The notes under the pieces are model-generated. The model worked only from the letters and a program-made list of their open reading frames with translations, was not told the DNA's origin and did no database searches. 64,000 nt of DNA from an uncultured delta proteobacterium (GTDB taxonomy: Bacteria > Myxococcota_A > Polyangia > Polyangiales > Polyangiaceae): the NCBI GenBank assembly GCA_963850305.1, contig CAWKKR010000007.1:224001-288000 (forward strand), read 5' to 3'. Below, piece after piece: positions 23,401 through 32,590 of this stretch. The position numbers and the translations under genes were made by a program. Position 1 is the first letter of the stretch; each line of letters starts with the position of its first letter.

Positions 23401-23700
23401 AAGATACTGTGCGACGTAGCCGCCGAATCGCTCGATCGCCTCGCCGCACGCGCCCTGATATTCTCCGACGATCTCGCGCCAGTCTTCGGGGTCGAGTCGC
23501 GATGCCATGGCGGTAGAGCCGACGAGGTCGCTGAAGAGCACCGTCAGCTGTCGACGTTCCGCGGACGACCCAGGAGGACCGCCCTCCGCGGACTTCGCCC
23601 GGCGCGACGAAGAGGCGCCGGCGTCTCCTACGGCTTCGCCACACTCCGAGCAGAATTTGCCTCCCGGGGAAAGCTCGAAGCCGCACGCGTCGCATCGCAT
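20458..23700 (-). CDS. Zinc-ribbon + class III nucleotide cyclase + STAND/AAA ATPase + TPR protein
   Basis: CDACG..FCSECG, LFSDLVGST, YLGDG, GDTTNVAARLQ, GEAGIGKS, FEDLHW, GVPLF, helical C-terminal repeats. Confidence 0.93.
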   Translation of the reverse strand: MRCDACGFELSPGGKFCSECGEAVGDAGASSSRRAKSAEGGPPGSSAERRQLTVLFSDLVGSTAMASRLDPEDWREIVGEYQGACGEAIERFGGYVAQYLGDGVVAYFGYPSAHEDDALRAVRAGLRLIDALLELEPVVSRHGVRLAARVGVHTGTVVVGEIGPSSRKETLALGDTTNVAARLQELASSNTVVLSHSTFRLVRRQFVTEDLGVRALKGISKPTPVYRAIRAKPARTAADSHDALLTPMVGRRQELGLLLDRWELATEARGQVVLICGEAGIGKSRLLRALRDEIGSRDHSWLESRGSSYTEDTALHPVVGLQEDVLGLGALETAEQKLDALSRSLIRLDLGSSENLALFAGLHSLNPAPRLASLTQTPEALRRKTLELLLEWFVRQTDERPVIALFEDLHWLDPTTLEMLARLVERIADRRLLIVATHRPGFHVRWVNLPPVTQILLSRLTRNDAADVARNLETTRGRLDDVLVREIVNRSDGVPLFIEELTKTVLEAELGRSGTAKANSRAIVPLSLRDSLMSRLDQLGTAKDLAQHCAILGREFSLDLIRATAPMAEGELTFALDRLVAAELFQRRGDPPVYAFRHALVQEQAYESLLKATRQTHHRKIAEVLESQFPLTAANQPEVLAHHYDEGGMPEAALSGWLRAGQNSIARSANVEASRQLRRGLDALFRTPETTERDRQELFLVTMRGVALIAVRGYAATEVEQAFARARVLCDHLGDTPHLFPALFGLFLYFLVRGDGRSARELVEQLEAAAASFGEAEYTLEAHTARAALEYWQGSFGACHEHILQARLLYDPQKHAHHQFVYGQDPLAYGYCYGALVYWFQGFPEQALESALKALELAERTNHPLTFAGILSFAADLYYHLREPEAVLSLAERMLGVSAEQGLSLWEAWARTMIGSAKCELGDVSGGITEIEAGLEAFLETGASLNTGYLSARLATACARAGKLEEGLVHVGRALESIERQHDRYYAAELYRLKGEFLRLSTPSQDSLALTAFERALEVSRTQGAKSLELRAAMSLARMRLSGGERDAARELLAGVYGWFTEGLGTRDLMEARALLQSLT

Positions 23701-23799
23701 CGACGCGGATGATACGTGTCATTTGGGTGGTCGCGAAGAGTGTCATCTCGTGGCCCCGCTGCGGGCTGCCGCGAGGTCGTGTAAGCTGGCCTGCGGTGC

Positions 23800-25230
23800 A
23801 TGAAGCGTGAGCGACGACCCGAGGGACCGCGTTCCGGAGATGCCGAAGGAACGCTGCGGTCCCTCGATCGGCTCGTGGCGCCGGAGGCGGCGCGCGGGAA
23901 TACGACGCCGACCCTCGAGCCCCGCTCGCAGCGAGGCGAGCCGATGTCGTGGCCCGAACTCCCGTCACCTGCGCGATTTCGAGATGTCGGCGAGATCGCT
24001 CGCGGCGGGATGGGCTCGGTGCGCCGTGTCTACGACACTCTTCTCCGTCGCGAAGTTGCCATGAAGATCGGTGATCCAGGCAACCCTTCGTATGCCCAGA
24101 CGGCGCTGCGTTTCATGGAGGAGGCGCAGATCACCGGACAGCTCGATCATCCGAACATCGTCGCGGTCCACGATCTGGGGACGGGAAACGACGGCGTGGG
24201 TGTCTTCTTCACGATGAAGCTCGTCGAGGGAGAGACGCTCACGAGCTACATTCGGAACCTCCATCGCGCGGACTACGATCATCGAGCGATCGAACGGGTG
24301 CTCCTGATCTTTCTCAAGATCTGCGACGCACTTTCATTCGCACACAGCCGCGGCGTCGTTCACAGGGATCTGAAACCAGACAACGTCATGGTCGGAAGCC
24401 ATGGACAGGTTTACCTGATGGACTGGGGCGTTGCGCTCCTCTCACGTGCGACTGACGTGCCGCGCGGAGAGCCGCTCCCGAGCCCCGTGACGTTGTCGAG
24501 CGATCTGTCGAATGAGACGCGCGATGAGACCGGCGCGATCGTCGGCACCTTCGAATACATGGCACCCGAACAGGCATGGGGGCGCACGCGCGACATCGAT
24601 GCGCGTACCGACGTGTTCGGTCTCGGGGCGATCCTCTACCAGCTGCTCACCGGTCGAGGTCCGAACGCCGCCGAGAACGCGTTCGAGACGCTACAACGTG
24701 CCCAACGAGGTCGCGCCGATCCGCCGGAGTCGCATCGCGCGTGGCCGCACCTGCCGCCGGGGCTCTGTCGTATCACGATGAAAGCCTTGTCGAAGAATCG
24801 CGACGAGCGGTACCCCAGCGTCGCAGATATGCGTGAGGACGTGGAGGAACTGCTGCGAGGTGGCGGATGGTTCGACACCCGGGTCTTCCCGCCCGGGACC
24901 ATTCTGGTGCAGCAGGGCGAAACTGCGGAGGCCGCGTTCATCATCGCGAGCGGGACGTGTGACGTTTATCGCGAGGTCGGCGCGGACCGAGTCGCTCTTC
25001 GAAGGCTGGGGCCGGGCGACGTCTTCGGGGAGACGGCCGTCCTCACCGGAGAGCCGCGGACCGCCAGCGTCGTGGCCGTGGACGAGGTCACGTTGAAGAT
25101 CGTCACTCGAGATGCCCTCGAGCGAGAACTCGGCCGAGCGTCGTGGTCCGGTGCATTCGTGCGGGCACTCGCGGAACGGTTTCGCGACGTCGACGAGCGT
25201 CTGGCACAGCTGCGCGACAGAAAGGCGTGA
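23800..25230 (+). CDS. Ser/Thr protein kinase with C-terminal cyclic-nucleotide-binding domain
   Basis: ARGGMG, HRDLKPDN, DWG, YMAPE; FGETAVLTGEPRTASV phosphate-binding cassette. Start may be 23944. Confidence 0.92.
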   Translation: MKRERRPEGPRSGDAEGTLRSLDRLVAPEAARGNTTPTLEPRSQRGEPMSWPELPSPARFRDVGEIARGGMGSVRRVYDTLLRREVAMKIGDPGNPSYAQTALRFMEEAQITGQLDHPNIVAVHDLGTGNDGVGVFFTMKLVEGETLTSYIRNLHRADYDHRAIERVLLIFLKICDALSFAHSRGVVHRDLKPDNVMVGSHGQVYLMDWGVALLSRATDVPRGEPLPSPVTLSSDLSNETRDETGAIVGTFEYMAPEQAWGRTRDIDARTDVFGLGAILYQLLTGRGPNAAENAFETLQRAQRGRADPPESHRAWPHLPPGLCRITMKALSKNRDERYPSVADMREDVEELLRGGGWFDTRVFPPGTILVQQGETAEAAFIIASGTCDVYREVGADRVALRRLGPGDVFGETAVLTGEPRTASVVAVDEVTLKIVTRDALERELGRASWSGAFVRALAERFRDVDERLAQLRDRKA

Positions 25231-25243
25231 CCCGTCCACACCC

Positions 25244-26365
25244 TCACTTCGCTGCCGGTGTCGCGGCCGCCGTCGCTGCTCGGGACGGCGCGGTCGGCGT
25301 GGTGGCGACGGGCGGGCCACCAGGAAGTTTTGCCAAACCCAATGCGTCGAGCTGCATCATCGGGATGAGCACCACATTCCGCTTCGCGTCGTACCCGATG
25401 TCGGCGGGCGATTTCACCCCGGGGATCACGGAGATGAACGTTCCCCCCGGCGTCCCGCGAAGAACCGACGACGACTCCCAGCTCGAAACCAGCGCCGTTC
25501 CGTCGGCGAGCCGCGCGAGTCCGTCGAGGGAGCCGACCGGAAGCTTCTGCGCGGCGTCCTCCTTCCCGTTCTTGTCGACGTGAAAGAGTTCCCCCGAGCC
25601 CAGGGTGACAACCCACACGCCCGCTTCGTCCGCGGCGAGTCCGTTCGGGTGCCCGAGATCTTTGCTCGCTATGAGCTTCCTGACGCGGCCTGAGTTGATC
25701 TCGTACACGGCGTCGCTACCCGTCGGGTCGAACCCATTCTTCCCGAGCTTGATGCCGCTGTCGGAGACGTAGACCGTGCCGTCCGCAGCCGTCGCGATGT
25801 CGTTCAGGAACGTTGCTCCAGGAATTCCGATCTTGCCCTTCGATGCCCCGGTCCTGCGATCGAAGATCCGAACGAAGGTCAGATCCGCGACGTAGAGGAG
25901 GTCGCCGACGATGCCCAGACCCTTCGGCGCATTGAGGTCGGTGCCCTTTTTTGCTCCATCGATCCACTTGAGGGCGACGACTTTGCCGTCGGGCCCGATC
26001 TTCGAGATGAAGCCGTTATGATCGGCGTCGAACGGCTTTCCATTGACGTTGCTGACGAAGTACTCGTCCTGGTCCGCGTCGTAGAGCGCCGACTCCGGAG
26101 CCAGAAGTCCGATGTTCGTCAGCACCACGGGCTGCTCGGCGACCGGCGCCGAGGCAGCAGGCGCGGCGGTGGGAGTCGGCACGGCTGTCGGTAGCGGGGG
26201 TTCCATCAGGATCGGCGCAGGGGGCGCGGCGCTTCCTGGCGCCTGGGGAGCTCCCAGAGACACCTGGTTCTCATGCGAACAAGCGGTGAGGACCAGCGCC
26301 GCAAGGAGCGTGCACGACCTGGACGAGGACGATTCGCGGACGGAAATGAACGGGCGTCGAGTCAT
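25244..26365 (-). CDS. SMP-30/gluconolactonase-like beta-propeller lipoprotein
   Basis: LTAC lipobox, Pro/Ala linker, APES, NGFISK, APKG, FLND, PNG, LDG, PADI motifs. Confidence 0.85.
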   Translation of the reverse strand: MTRRPFISVRESSSSRSCTLLAALVLTACSHENQVSLGAPQAPGSAAPPAPILMEPPLPTAVPTPTAAPAASAPVAEQPVVLTNIGLLAPESALYDADQDEYFVSNVNGKPFDADHNGFISKIGPDGKVVALKWIDGAKKGTDLNAPKGLGIVGDLLYVADLTFVRIFDRRTGASKGKIGIPGATFLNDIATAADGTVYVSDSGIKLGKNGFDPTGSDAVYEINSGRVRKLIASKDLGHPNGLAADEAGVWVVTLGSGELFHVDKNGKEDAAQKLPVGSLDGLARLADGTALVSSWESSSVLRGTPGGTFISVIPGVKSPADIGYDAKRNVVLIPMMQLDALGLAKLPGGPPVATTPTAPSRAATAAATPAAK

Positions 26366-26382
26366 CGAAGAACCGGTTGCGA

Positions 26383-26865
26383 TCAGCCGTAGACGAGGCG
26401 CGAGAGTGTCTCTGCGACACAGCCCGGCTTTGCTTCGCCCTCGATTTCGACGGTAACCTTTTGCTTCAACTGGATGGTGTTGGGAGGCACGAGGTCCGCC
26501 GAGATCAACTCTCTCCGTGCGCGGACCTTCGAGTTCACCTTCACCGGGTTCGGGAAGCGTACTTTATCGAGCCCGTAGTTGATGCCCATCATCAGCCCCT
26601 CGTACATCGCAGGGTCGACCGGTTTGATGCTGGAGCCCAGGTACGGGATGAGCGACAGGGTCAGAAAGCCGTGGGCGATGGTCGTCTTGTAGGGAGACAT
26701 CTTCGCCGCGAGCTCGGGATCCGTGTGGATGAATTGCCGATCGAGGGTCGCGTCGCCGAAGAGATTGATCTCCGTCTGATCGATCGTGTGCCAGTCGCTA
26801 AGACCTTCTGCCTTGCCTTCGAACTTCTTCAGGACCTCGAGTGCCTTTTCCGCGTTGCTCGCCAT
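26383..26865 (-). CDS. MaoC family dehydratase
   Basis: FGDATLDRQFIHTDP, TIAHGFLTLS, NYGLDKVRFPNPV. Confidence 0.92.
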   Translation of the reverse strand: MASNAEKALEVLKKFEGKAEGLSDWHTIDQTEINLFGDATLDRQFIHTDPELAAKMSPYKTTIAHGFLTLSLIPYLGSSIKPVDPAMYEGLMMGINYGLDKVRFPNPVKVNSKVRARRELISADLVPPNTIQLKQKVTVEIEGEAKPGCVAETLSRLVYG

Positions 26866-26923
26866 GGTGATCTCATAGTCGACCAGCCGACGCCGGTAAA
26901 CGGCGAGGGCGCGCGCAGGCGGG

Positions 26924-28141
26924 TCAGTCGCGGCCGGCGTCCGCCGCGCCACCTTCGCCGAGGCCGGCGTCCTTCGCGCCCCCGCGGTCCTTCGGTCGGC
27001 CCGCGTCCGGTTCGGTCGAGCCGCAGCTTCCGGGGAGGGCGGCGATCCACCCTTCGATGACCGCGAGCCCTTCCTCGTGGACGAGATTCCGCCCGAGGGG
27101 CGGCATCTTCGTTTTTGCGTCCGTTGCTTGCATTCGGCAGCTGAAGACCGAATTGCCCGGCTGTCCGGGCACGACATCGAACTGGCGGCCGCAGGTTCCG
27201 CCCCCGGCCGACGCAGGTACCTTGCAGACTCCATACGTCGCCGACACTGCGATCGCCGGATCCGTCGAGTCATAATCGAGCCAGAGCCCGCTCAACGAGC
27301 CAGGTGAATCACCCGGCTGATGGCAATGAGCGCAGTTGCCTTCGAGGTACGATCGGGCGCGATCCGAGAGCGGCGCAATACCCAGTGGATCCACCAGTCG
27401 GACCCGCGACGCCTCTGCATTGGGCGCGACGTCGAAGAAGCCGAGCTTTGCGAGATGGTCGATTTGATTTTCCGCGCCGTCTCCGTAGTCGTTGTCGCGG
27501 TCGAGCTGCCGCGTTCGGCCTCCGATCGTGTTCGTCGACCCGAGGCGTCCGTGACACGTCCGGCAATCGTTCTCGTTCGGAACGACGTAGTCGTTGTCGG
27601 TGGGCGTCCCCGAAGAATCGATGAAGTGGCTCGGGATCGTCGTGCCCCCCTCCTCGAGCGTCGCATCGGTCTGTGCCGCATTCCAGACGTAGGTGTGCGG
27701 CGTCCAACCCACGGACTCGTGGATCAGCAGCCGCGTTTCGAGATAAGTCTCGCCCTTGCTCGGGTCGCGCAAATCCGCGAGATACGAGAACGTCTTCACC
27801 AGGATCGTGCCGACCGGGAAGGCCCACTTGTCCGTCGGCGAGTAGCCGATCGTTTCCCCTGCCGGCACGTAGATGAATCGCCGCTTCGTGGCGTAATCCG
27901 CGAAGAGCTGGGAGATCACCTGGTAGGGAACGACTCGCTGCGACGGTAGTTGCCGTACGAGATTCTGGAAGAGGTGCCACTCCGAAAGCGTCTCGAAGGG
28001 GGAACCCTCGGGGGCCGGCGTGACGCCGCCGTCAGGCGATGCGCCGGATCGCCCCGCATCCGACGGGAGGGTCGAGGTGTGACTCGACGAGCAGCCCCCG
28101 CACGCGATGCCTGCGAGGAGGGTGATCGCCAGGCGGCTCAT
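26924..28141 (-). CDS. SO2930/HNE_0200-type diheme c-type cytochrome lipoprotein
   Basis: TLSEWHLF, LFADYATKRRF, FPVGTILVKTF, ETRLL, CRTCH, ARSYLEGNCAHCH, MPPLGR. Confidence 0.88.
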   Translation of the reverse strand: MSRLAITLLAGIACGGCSSSHTSTLPSDAGRSGASPDGGVTPAPEGSPFETLSEWHLFQNLVRQLPSQRVVPYQVISQLFADYATKRRFIYVPAGETIGYSPTDKWAFPVGTILVKTFSYLADLRDPSKGETYLETRLLIHESVGWTPHTYVWNAAQTDATLEEGGTTIPSHFIDSSGTPTDNDYVVPNENDCRTCHGRLGSTNTIGGRTRQLDRDNDYGDGAENQIDHLAKLGFFDVAPNAEASRVRLVDPLGIAPLSDRARSYLEGNCAHCHQPGDSPGSLSGLWLDYDSTDPAIAVSATYGVCKVPASAGGGTCGRQFDVVPGQPGNSVFSCRMQATDAKTKMPPLGRNLVHEEGLAVIEGWIAALPGSCGSTEPDAGRPKDRGGAKDAGLGEGGAADAGRD

Positions 28142-28154
28142 GTGGTGAGAAGCG

Positions 28155-29265
28155 TTACCTGTTGATGCTGAAACCATCGATCGGAATCGCGAGACCACTC
28201 GGCACCTCGCTGGGTCTGGTCGGGGAGAGGGATGTATCGAACAAGCCCTTCGAGATGAAGGCCGTGAGGTCCGCGAGCGAACCGTCGTCGAGCGGAAGGG
28301 CCCCGTCATTCGCGGCACTGAACGTCACCTCGTGGGCGACCGCGTCGGCGAGCGTCGTGACGGCTCCGGTATGGAAGAACGGCCCCGTGTCGTGCGCGTT
28401 GCGAAGCGTCGGCACCTTGAATCGGTTGCGGTCCGACTCGAGCCCGGTGACCTCGAAACGACCCATATCCTCGACGCCCGGGATAGCGGCGACGCCGCGA
28501 TCTTCGAAGCGCTCGCTCGAAAACAGCGGCGGCACGTGACAGGTCGCGCACCCCTCGCTCCCGAGGAGCGCCATTCCACGACGGAGTTGCGGGTCGAGCG
28601 CGGCGTCGTCCCCGGCCGCGTAGGCGTCGTAGAGCGAGTGCCTCGTCACGAGAGTCCTCTCGAACGACGTGATCGCTTGCACGTAGGTCGTCTCGGTAAT
28701 CGCCGGGACCTGGTCCGGGAACGCTTGCCCGAACAGCGCAGCGTAGGCCGGAGTGGCAGCGACGTCGGCCACGACGTCGGAGAGACTCCGAATCGAACTC
28801 TTCGGTTGCGTCGAACGGGAAGTGGACCTGATCTTCGATCGACTGGGCGCGGCCGTCCCAGAATGCCGTCCCGCGGAAGGCGACGTTCCAGAGCGTCATC
28901 GCGTTGCGACGCGTTTCGTTGGCCCCTTCCCGTCCCGGCCCCGCGAGGAGCCCCGCGCCGTTGCCGACCGAGACCGGGAGCCCGTCGCTCATACCCCAGA
29001 ACTCGCTGTGACACGTCGCGCAGGCTACCTGCTGATCGATGGATGAGATCGGGTCGTAGAAGAGCAGCCGCCCGAGCGCGACCTTCGAATCGGTGACGGG
29101 ATTGTCCGCTGGGACCGACGGGGAAGGGAACGCCGTCACCGGCCAAGGTGTGCGGTCCGCGGCGTCGCCGCCGTCCGAGGGCGCATCCCCCGAAGTATGT
29201 CTTGACGCACCGCAGGCCGTCGCGAGCATGGTCAAGGCGAGAGCGCCGGAATATCGAGCGTGCAC
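28155..29265 (-). CDS. Diheme cytochrome c peroxidase (bCcP/MauG superfamily) lipoprotein; +1 frameshift at ~28791
   Basis: LGRLLFYD, CATCH x2, FWDGRA, FERTL, FKVPTLRN; the two halves join as EEFDRSLSDVVAD. Start 29265 or 29229. Confidence 0.9.
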
Positions 29266-30584
29266 TTGTGCGCCGTGACGTCCGTCGAGTAGCCGGAGGG
29301 TGTACCGAGCGACGTGTCGCCGTGGAAATTGACGAAGCTCTGCTGCTCGGTCGCGCCGAGACAGATCTGCGCCGCCGCGTCGCCCGTGACGCCCGCGTCG
29401 CCATAGCCGTCGGGGTTCAGGATGCCGTCCCACGCTACGTCGTACGGGATTTTGGACGTGCCGCCGTCAGCGGCGGGGTTCAAGAGGGCATACGCACCCT
29501 GGGGCGTCGTGCCGTTGTTGGTGAAGACGTTGTCGTGCACGTAGATCTGATACGGCCACTGTGGGGTCGTCGGATCGATTTGCGATGGCGTTCCGCCGTT
29601 CAATGCCGCAAGGTCGTTGATGATGGTGAAGCTCGCGATGAGCACCGCCACACCGCCGTTGTTCGAGATGGTATTTTTTGAAATGTCCACCTGAGTGGAC
29701 GCAAATACCAGTATGCCCGTGCCGGTGGGAGCGGTCGCGGCGAGCGTGTTGTTCTTGGCGGCGAAGTTGAAACCGTTGTTGTCATGCACCTTGTTGTCGT
29801 GCACGTGATAATCCTCGGCCACCTTCTGCTGGAGAAACGGCAATCGATCCAGCAGGATGCCCGTGGTGTTGTCGTGGACGTCGTTGTCGTAGACGTCCGC
29901 GCCGATCGAGTTTTCGACCTCGATACCCAGCACGTTGTTGTGAGCCTCGTTGTCGTGCGCGATGACGTGGTCGCATTGCCCGGCATAAACGCCCGAGTCC
30001 GAGGAGCCGTAGACTTCGCAGTTCTCGATGACCGTGTTCACGCACCCCGTCGGATAGATCGCGTAGCCGCCGCTGAGGGGGCCCGCGTCGTTCGAGCCGA
30101 TCGTCTGGTCCCACCCGACTTTGATGTTGTCGAACGTGGAGTTGTCGGCTTGAACTTTGATGCCGTCTGCACTCGTGTTCTTGATCCACAGGTTTTCGAT
30201 CGTGAATCCGTCGGTGGTCACCGAGATGCCGGCGTCCCCGCTCGTCTGGGTCGCGAAATCGAGGATGACGTCCTCGCGCGTCGGGCCGGTGCCTCGGAAC
30301 GTGACGTTCGCCGCGGCCGAGAGCGAAATCTGATCGTCGATCTCGTAGGTGCCCGGCGCGAAACAGACGATGTCTCCAGTATGCACTCGAGTATCCAGCG
30401 CGGCCTGGATGTCCTTCTGATCGTCGGCGCCCGGCGAGAGGGTCATCGTGCATGTGGCACCGGCGTCACCGGCGTCAGTCGAGGTCGGACCCTCGTTCTT
30501 CGTCGAACTGCTGCTGCACCCACACGTCACCGCGAGCTGAAGGATGAGAATGCGGCCAGGCTGGGACCAGAATTTGATGTGCAC
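29232..30584 (-). CDS. Parallel beta-helix repeat lipoprotein (type usually paired with SO2930-like cytochromes)
   Basis: IQAAL..GDIVCFAPGTY, DGIKV, YAIYP, SDSGVYAGQ, GIEVENS, DNTTGIL; start uncertain (GTG 30584). Confidence 0.85.
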   Translation of the reverse strand: MHIKFWSQPGRILILQLAVTCGCSSSSTKNEGPTSTDAGDAGATCTMTLSPGADDQKDIQAALDTRVHTGDIVCFAPGTYEIDDQISLSAAANVTFRGTGPTREDVILDFATQTSGDAGISVTTDGFTIENLWIKNTSADGIKVQADNSTFDNIKVGWDQTIGSNDAGPLSGGYAIYPTGCVNTVIENCEVYGSSDSGVYAGQCDHVIAHDNEAHNNVLGIEVENSIGADVYDNDVHDNTTGILLDRLPFLQQKVAEDYHVHDNKVHDNNGFNFAAKNNTLAATAPTGTGILVFASTQVDISKNTISNNGGVAVLIASFTIINDLAALNGGTPSQIDPTTPQWPYQIYVHDNVFTNNGTTPQGAYALLNPAADGGTSKIPYDVAWDGILNPDGYGDAGVTGDAAAQICLGATEQQSFVNFHGDTSLGTPSGYSTDVTAHKCTLDIPALSP

Positions 30585-30748
30585 GGCTGGCGCTCCGGGT
30601 TCGAGGATAAGGATTTCCTGAGCGGGAACCGCGCAGTGTCGCACTTCGTCCCCATGCCGAGCAAGACTAGGAGACGAAGGCGCCCGCGAGGGCGTCCCGG
30701 GTATCAGCTGCCGGAAGTCCAGTATTTCCGCGTCAGTGCAGTGAGCCG

Positions 30749-31375
30749 TCAGCCGACGGCGGCCACCGAGTTGCGGACGCTCGCCGCGATCTCGGTCGCG
30801 TTGTCGCTGATGCGCTCGAGGGCGCGGCCGAGTGCGTGGAAATGCTGCACGACCCCGAACGGGCTCGAGCCGGACCGGGCAACCTGCAGCAGGTCGAGCT
30901 GAGCCTGAGCGTAACAAGCGTCCACCGAGATGGTCCGGTCCATCACTTTCTGCGCGGACGAACGATCGTTCGCGCGTACGGCCTTCAGCGCATCGCCGAG
31001 CATTTCCGGTACGAGCTCCGTCAGCTTCCGGATGGAGGGGAGCTCGCCGATCGGCGGCTCGGCCGACAGGCGAATGACCTGCCGGCAGAGGCTTGCCGCC
31101 AGGCCTGCGATCTTCTCGAGAGAAACGAGCAACTCGAGCGCCGAGGCTTGGCCCATGCCCTTGGGGCCGGCCGCGCCGAGGATGTTCGACCAAGCGTCGC
31201 GCACCGCCGAATCACAGCGCTCGCATTCGCCGTCGGTGGCTAGGATCTTGCTCGCGAGCGCGGCATCACACGACGCAACGGCCCGGCTGCTGGCGCGCGT
31301 CAGGGCGTTCACGCGATCTGCCAGCGGGAGCAGGTGATCGATGGTGTGCGCGCTGTCGGGGATCGAGCTCGGCAT
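30749..31375 (-). CDS. Divergent PhoU-family protein
   Basis: Two PhoU-like helical repeats (LEKIAGLA / LERISDNATEIA), alignable by eye to 40295-40975. Confidence 0.8.
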   Translation of the reverse strand: MPSSIPDSAHTIDHLLPLADRVNALTRASSRAVASCDAALASKILATDGECERCDSAVRDAWSNILGAAGPKGMGQASALELLVSLEKIAGLAASLCRQVIRLSAEPPIGELPSIRKLTELVPEMLGDALKAVRANDRSSAQKVMDRTISVDACYAQAQLDLLQVARSGSSPFGVVQHFHALGRALERISDNATEIAASVRNSVAAVG

Positions 31376-31463
31376 CGGTGGTTCCTTCCCCCTAACACGA
31401 GCAAGCTGCGCATTGAATTGGACCCCGCGAAATGGATACGCGTTTCCGAGAGAGCCGCCGATC

Positions 31464-31481
31464 GTGTCACTGAAACGTCAC
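31464..31481 (+). promoter_or_regulatory. Pho box upstream of the phoU paralog (inverted relative to the gene)
   Basis: GTGTCAC-TGAA-ACGTCAC, GTCAC repeated at 11 bp. Confidence 0.6.
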
Positions 31482-31501
31482 TAAGTTGATTCCCCGTCGT
31501 C

Positions 31502-32329
31502 TCATGAGTCAACGGAGAACCCGAGTTCGCGCAGATAGATCTTGTCCAGCTTGGAACGGCTCCGTGCAAACCGGCTCCGGCCGTAAAGAGCGAGTCCGCA
31601 CGCGATGGCGACGGCGCGCACCGCGGCACTCGGCCGCTTTTCAGGTGCAAAGCCGATGCGCCTGCCCTGCTCGTATGCATGACTGCGGACGTGCTCCACG
31701 AATCCATCGAGGTGCGCAAGCACGGGGTGACCGGCTGCTTGCGCCCGGAGGGCACGCACGAGGAGCGGTAGCGTGGCCATCTCGAGCTCGAACAAGCCGT
31801 AGAAGGGCGTTTTCAGCCACGGCGACTCGGCGAGCAGCCGGCGTGTCTCCCTCTCGCCCCACTCGACGTGCTCCGCTTCGTCGCTGCATACGACGCGGAG
31901 CTTCTTTTTAACCTGCTGCACGCCGGGATGCTGGTCCGGGAGGGTCTCGAGGAGCAGGTCCTTGAACACGTCGAGGACCATGCCCTCGCCGATGGCGTGC
32001 TCGAGAAAAACCTTCAGCGGGAGGTAATCGTTGTGTGACGAAAGCAGGCGCATGACCCAGTGCTCTCGCATCGGTTCGAGTCCGAGCGTGCGAAAGATTT
32101 CCGCGAAGAGCCGCAGATGAGCGAGCTCCTGACGAGCTTGGCGGGCATAGAACTCCGCGGCCTCGAGCGAACGCGCTGCGTAAAGCGAGCGGCCGCAATA
32201 AACGCCCGTCGCTTCGCCGAACAGCGCCTGCGACAGCACGAAGCGGACGATCTCCCGATCGCGCGGCGCGTCGAGGTCGAAGGTGGCGCCCCCGAAGTCA
32301 TAGCGAGGGCCTCGAGCAGCGGACTCCAT
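31502..32329 (-). CDS. Ferritin-like diiron domain protein
   Basis: GEATG, QELAH, GEGMV, DEAEH: the E / ExxH / E / ExxH pattern. Confidence 0.75.
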   Translation of the reverse strand: MESAARGPRYDFGGATFDLDAPRDREIVRFVLSQALFGEATGVYCGRSLYAARSLEAAEFYARQARQELAHLRLFAEIFRTLGLEPMREHWVMRLLSSHNDYLPLKVFLEHAIGEGMVLDVFKDLLLETLPDQHPGVQQVKKKLRVVCSDEAEHVEWGERETRRLLAESPWLKTPFYGLFELEMATLPLLVRALRAQAAGHPVLAHLDGFVEHVRSHAYEQGRRIGFAPEKRPSAAVRAVAIACGLALYGRSRFARSRSKLDKIYLRELGFSVDS

Positions 32330-32590
32330 GCGCTTCAAATAGCACCAGATCCGGACATGAAAGCGGCCCGACCTCGGGCCCGAGCTGGGCCCCGCCCGGA
32401 GCATTTTCTCGGCGCCGCGAGAAATGTAGCTCACAAAACAAACTGAAAGTACAGCCACTTAGGCGGGGAGGCCGGATTGGGCTTCCCCCCTCGCGGAAGG
32501 TGTAGTTGCAAGTGGGTCAATGCGCGGCCGGAGACCACCGCATGGGCAGCTGTGGTATCGAGAAGTTTTCATGGTGCGGTGTAAAAGAGG

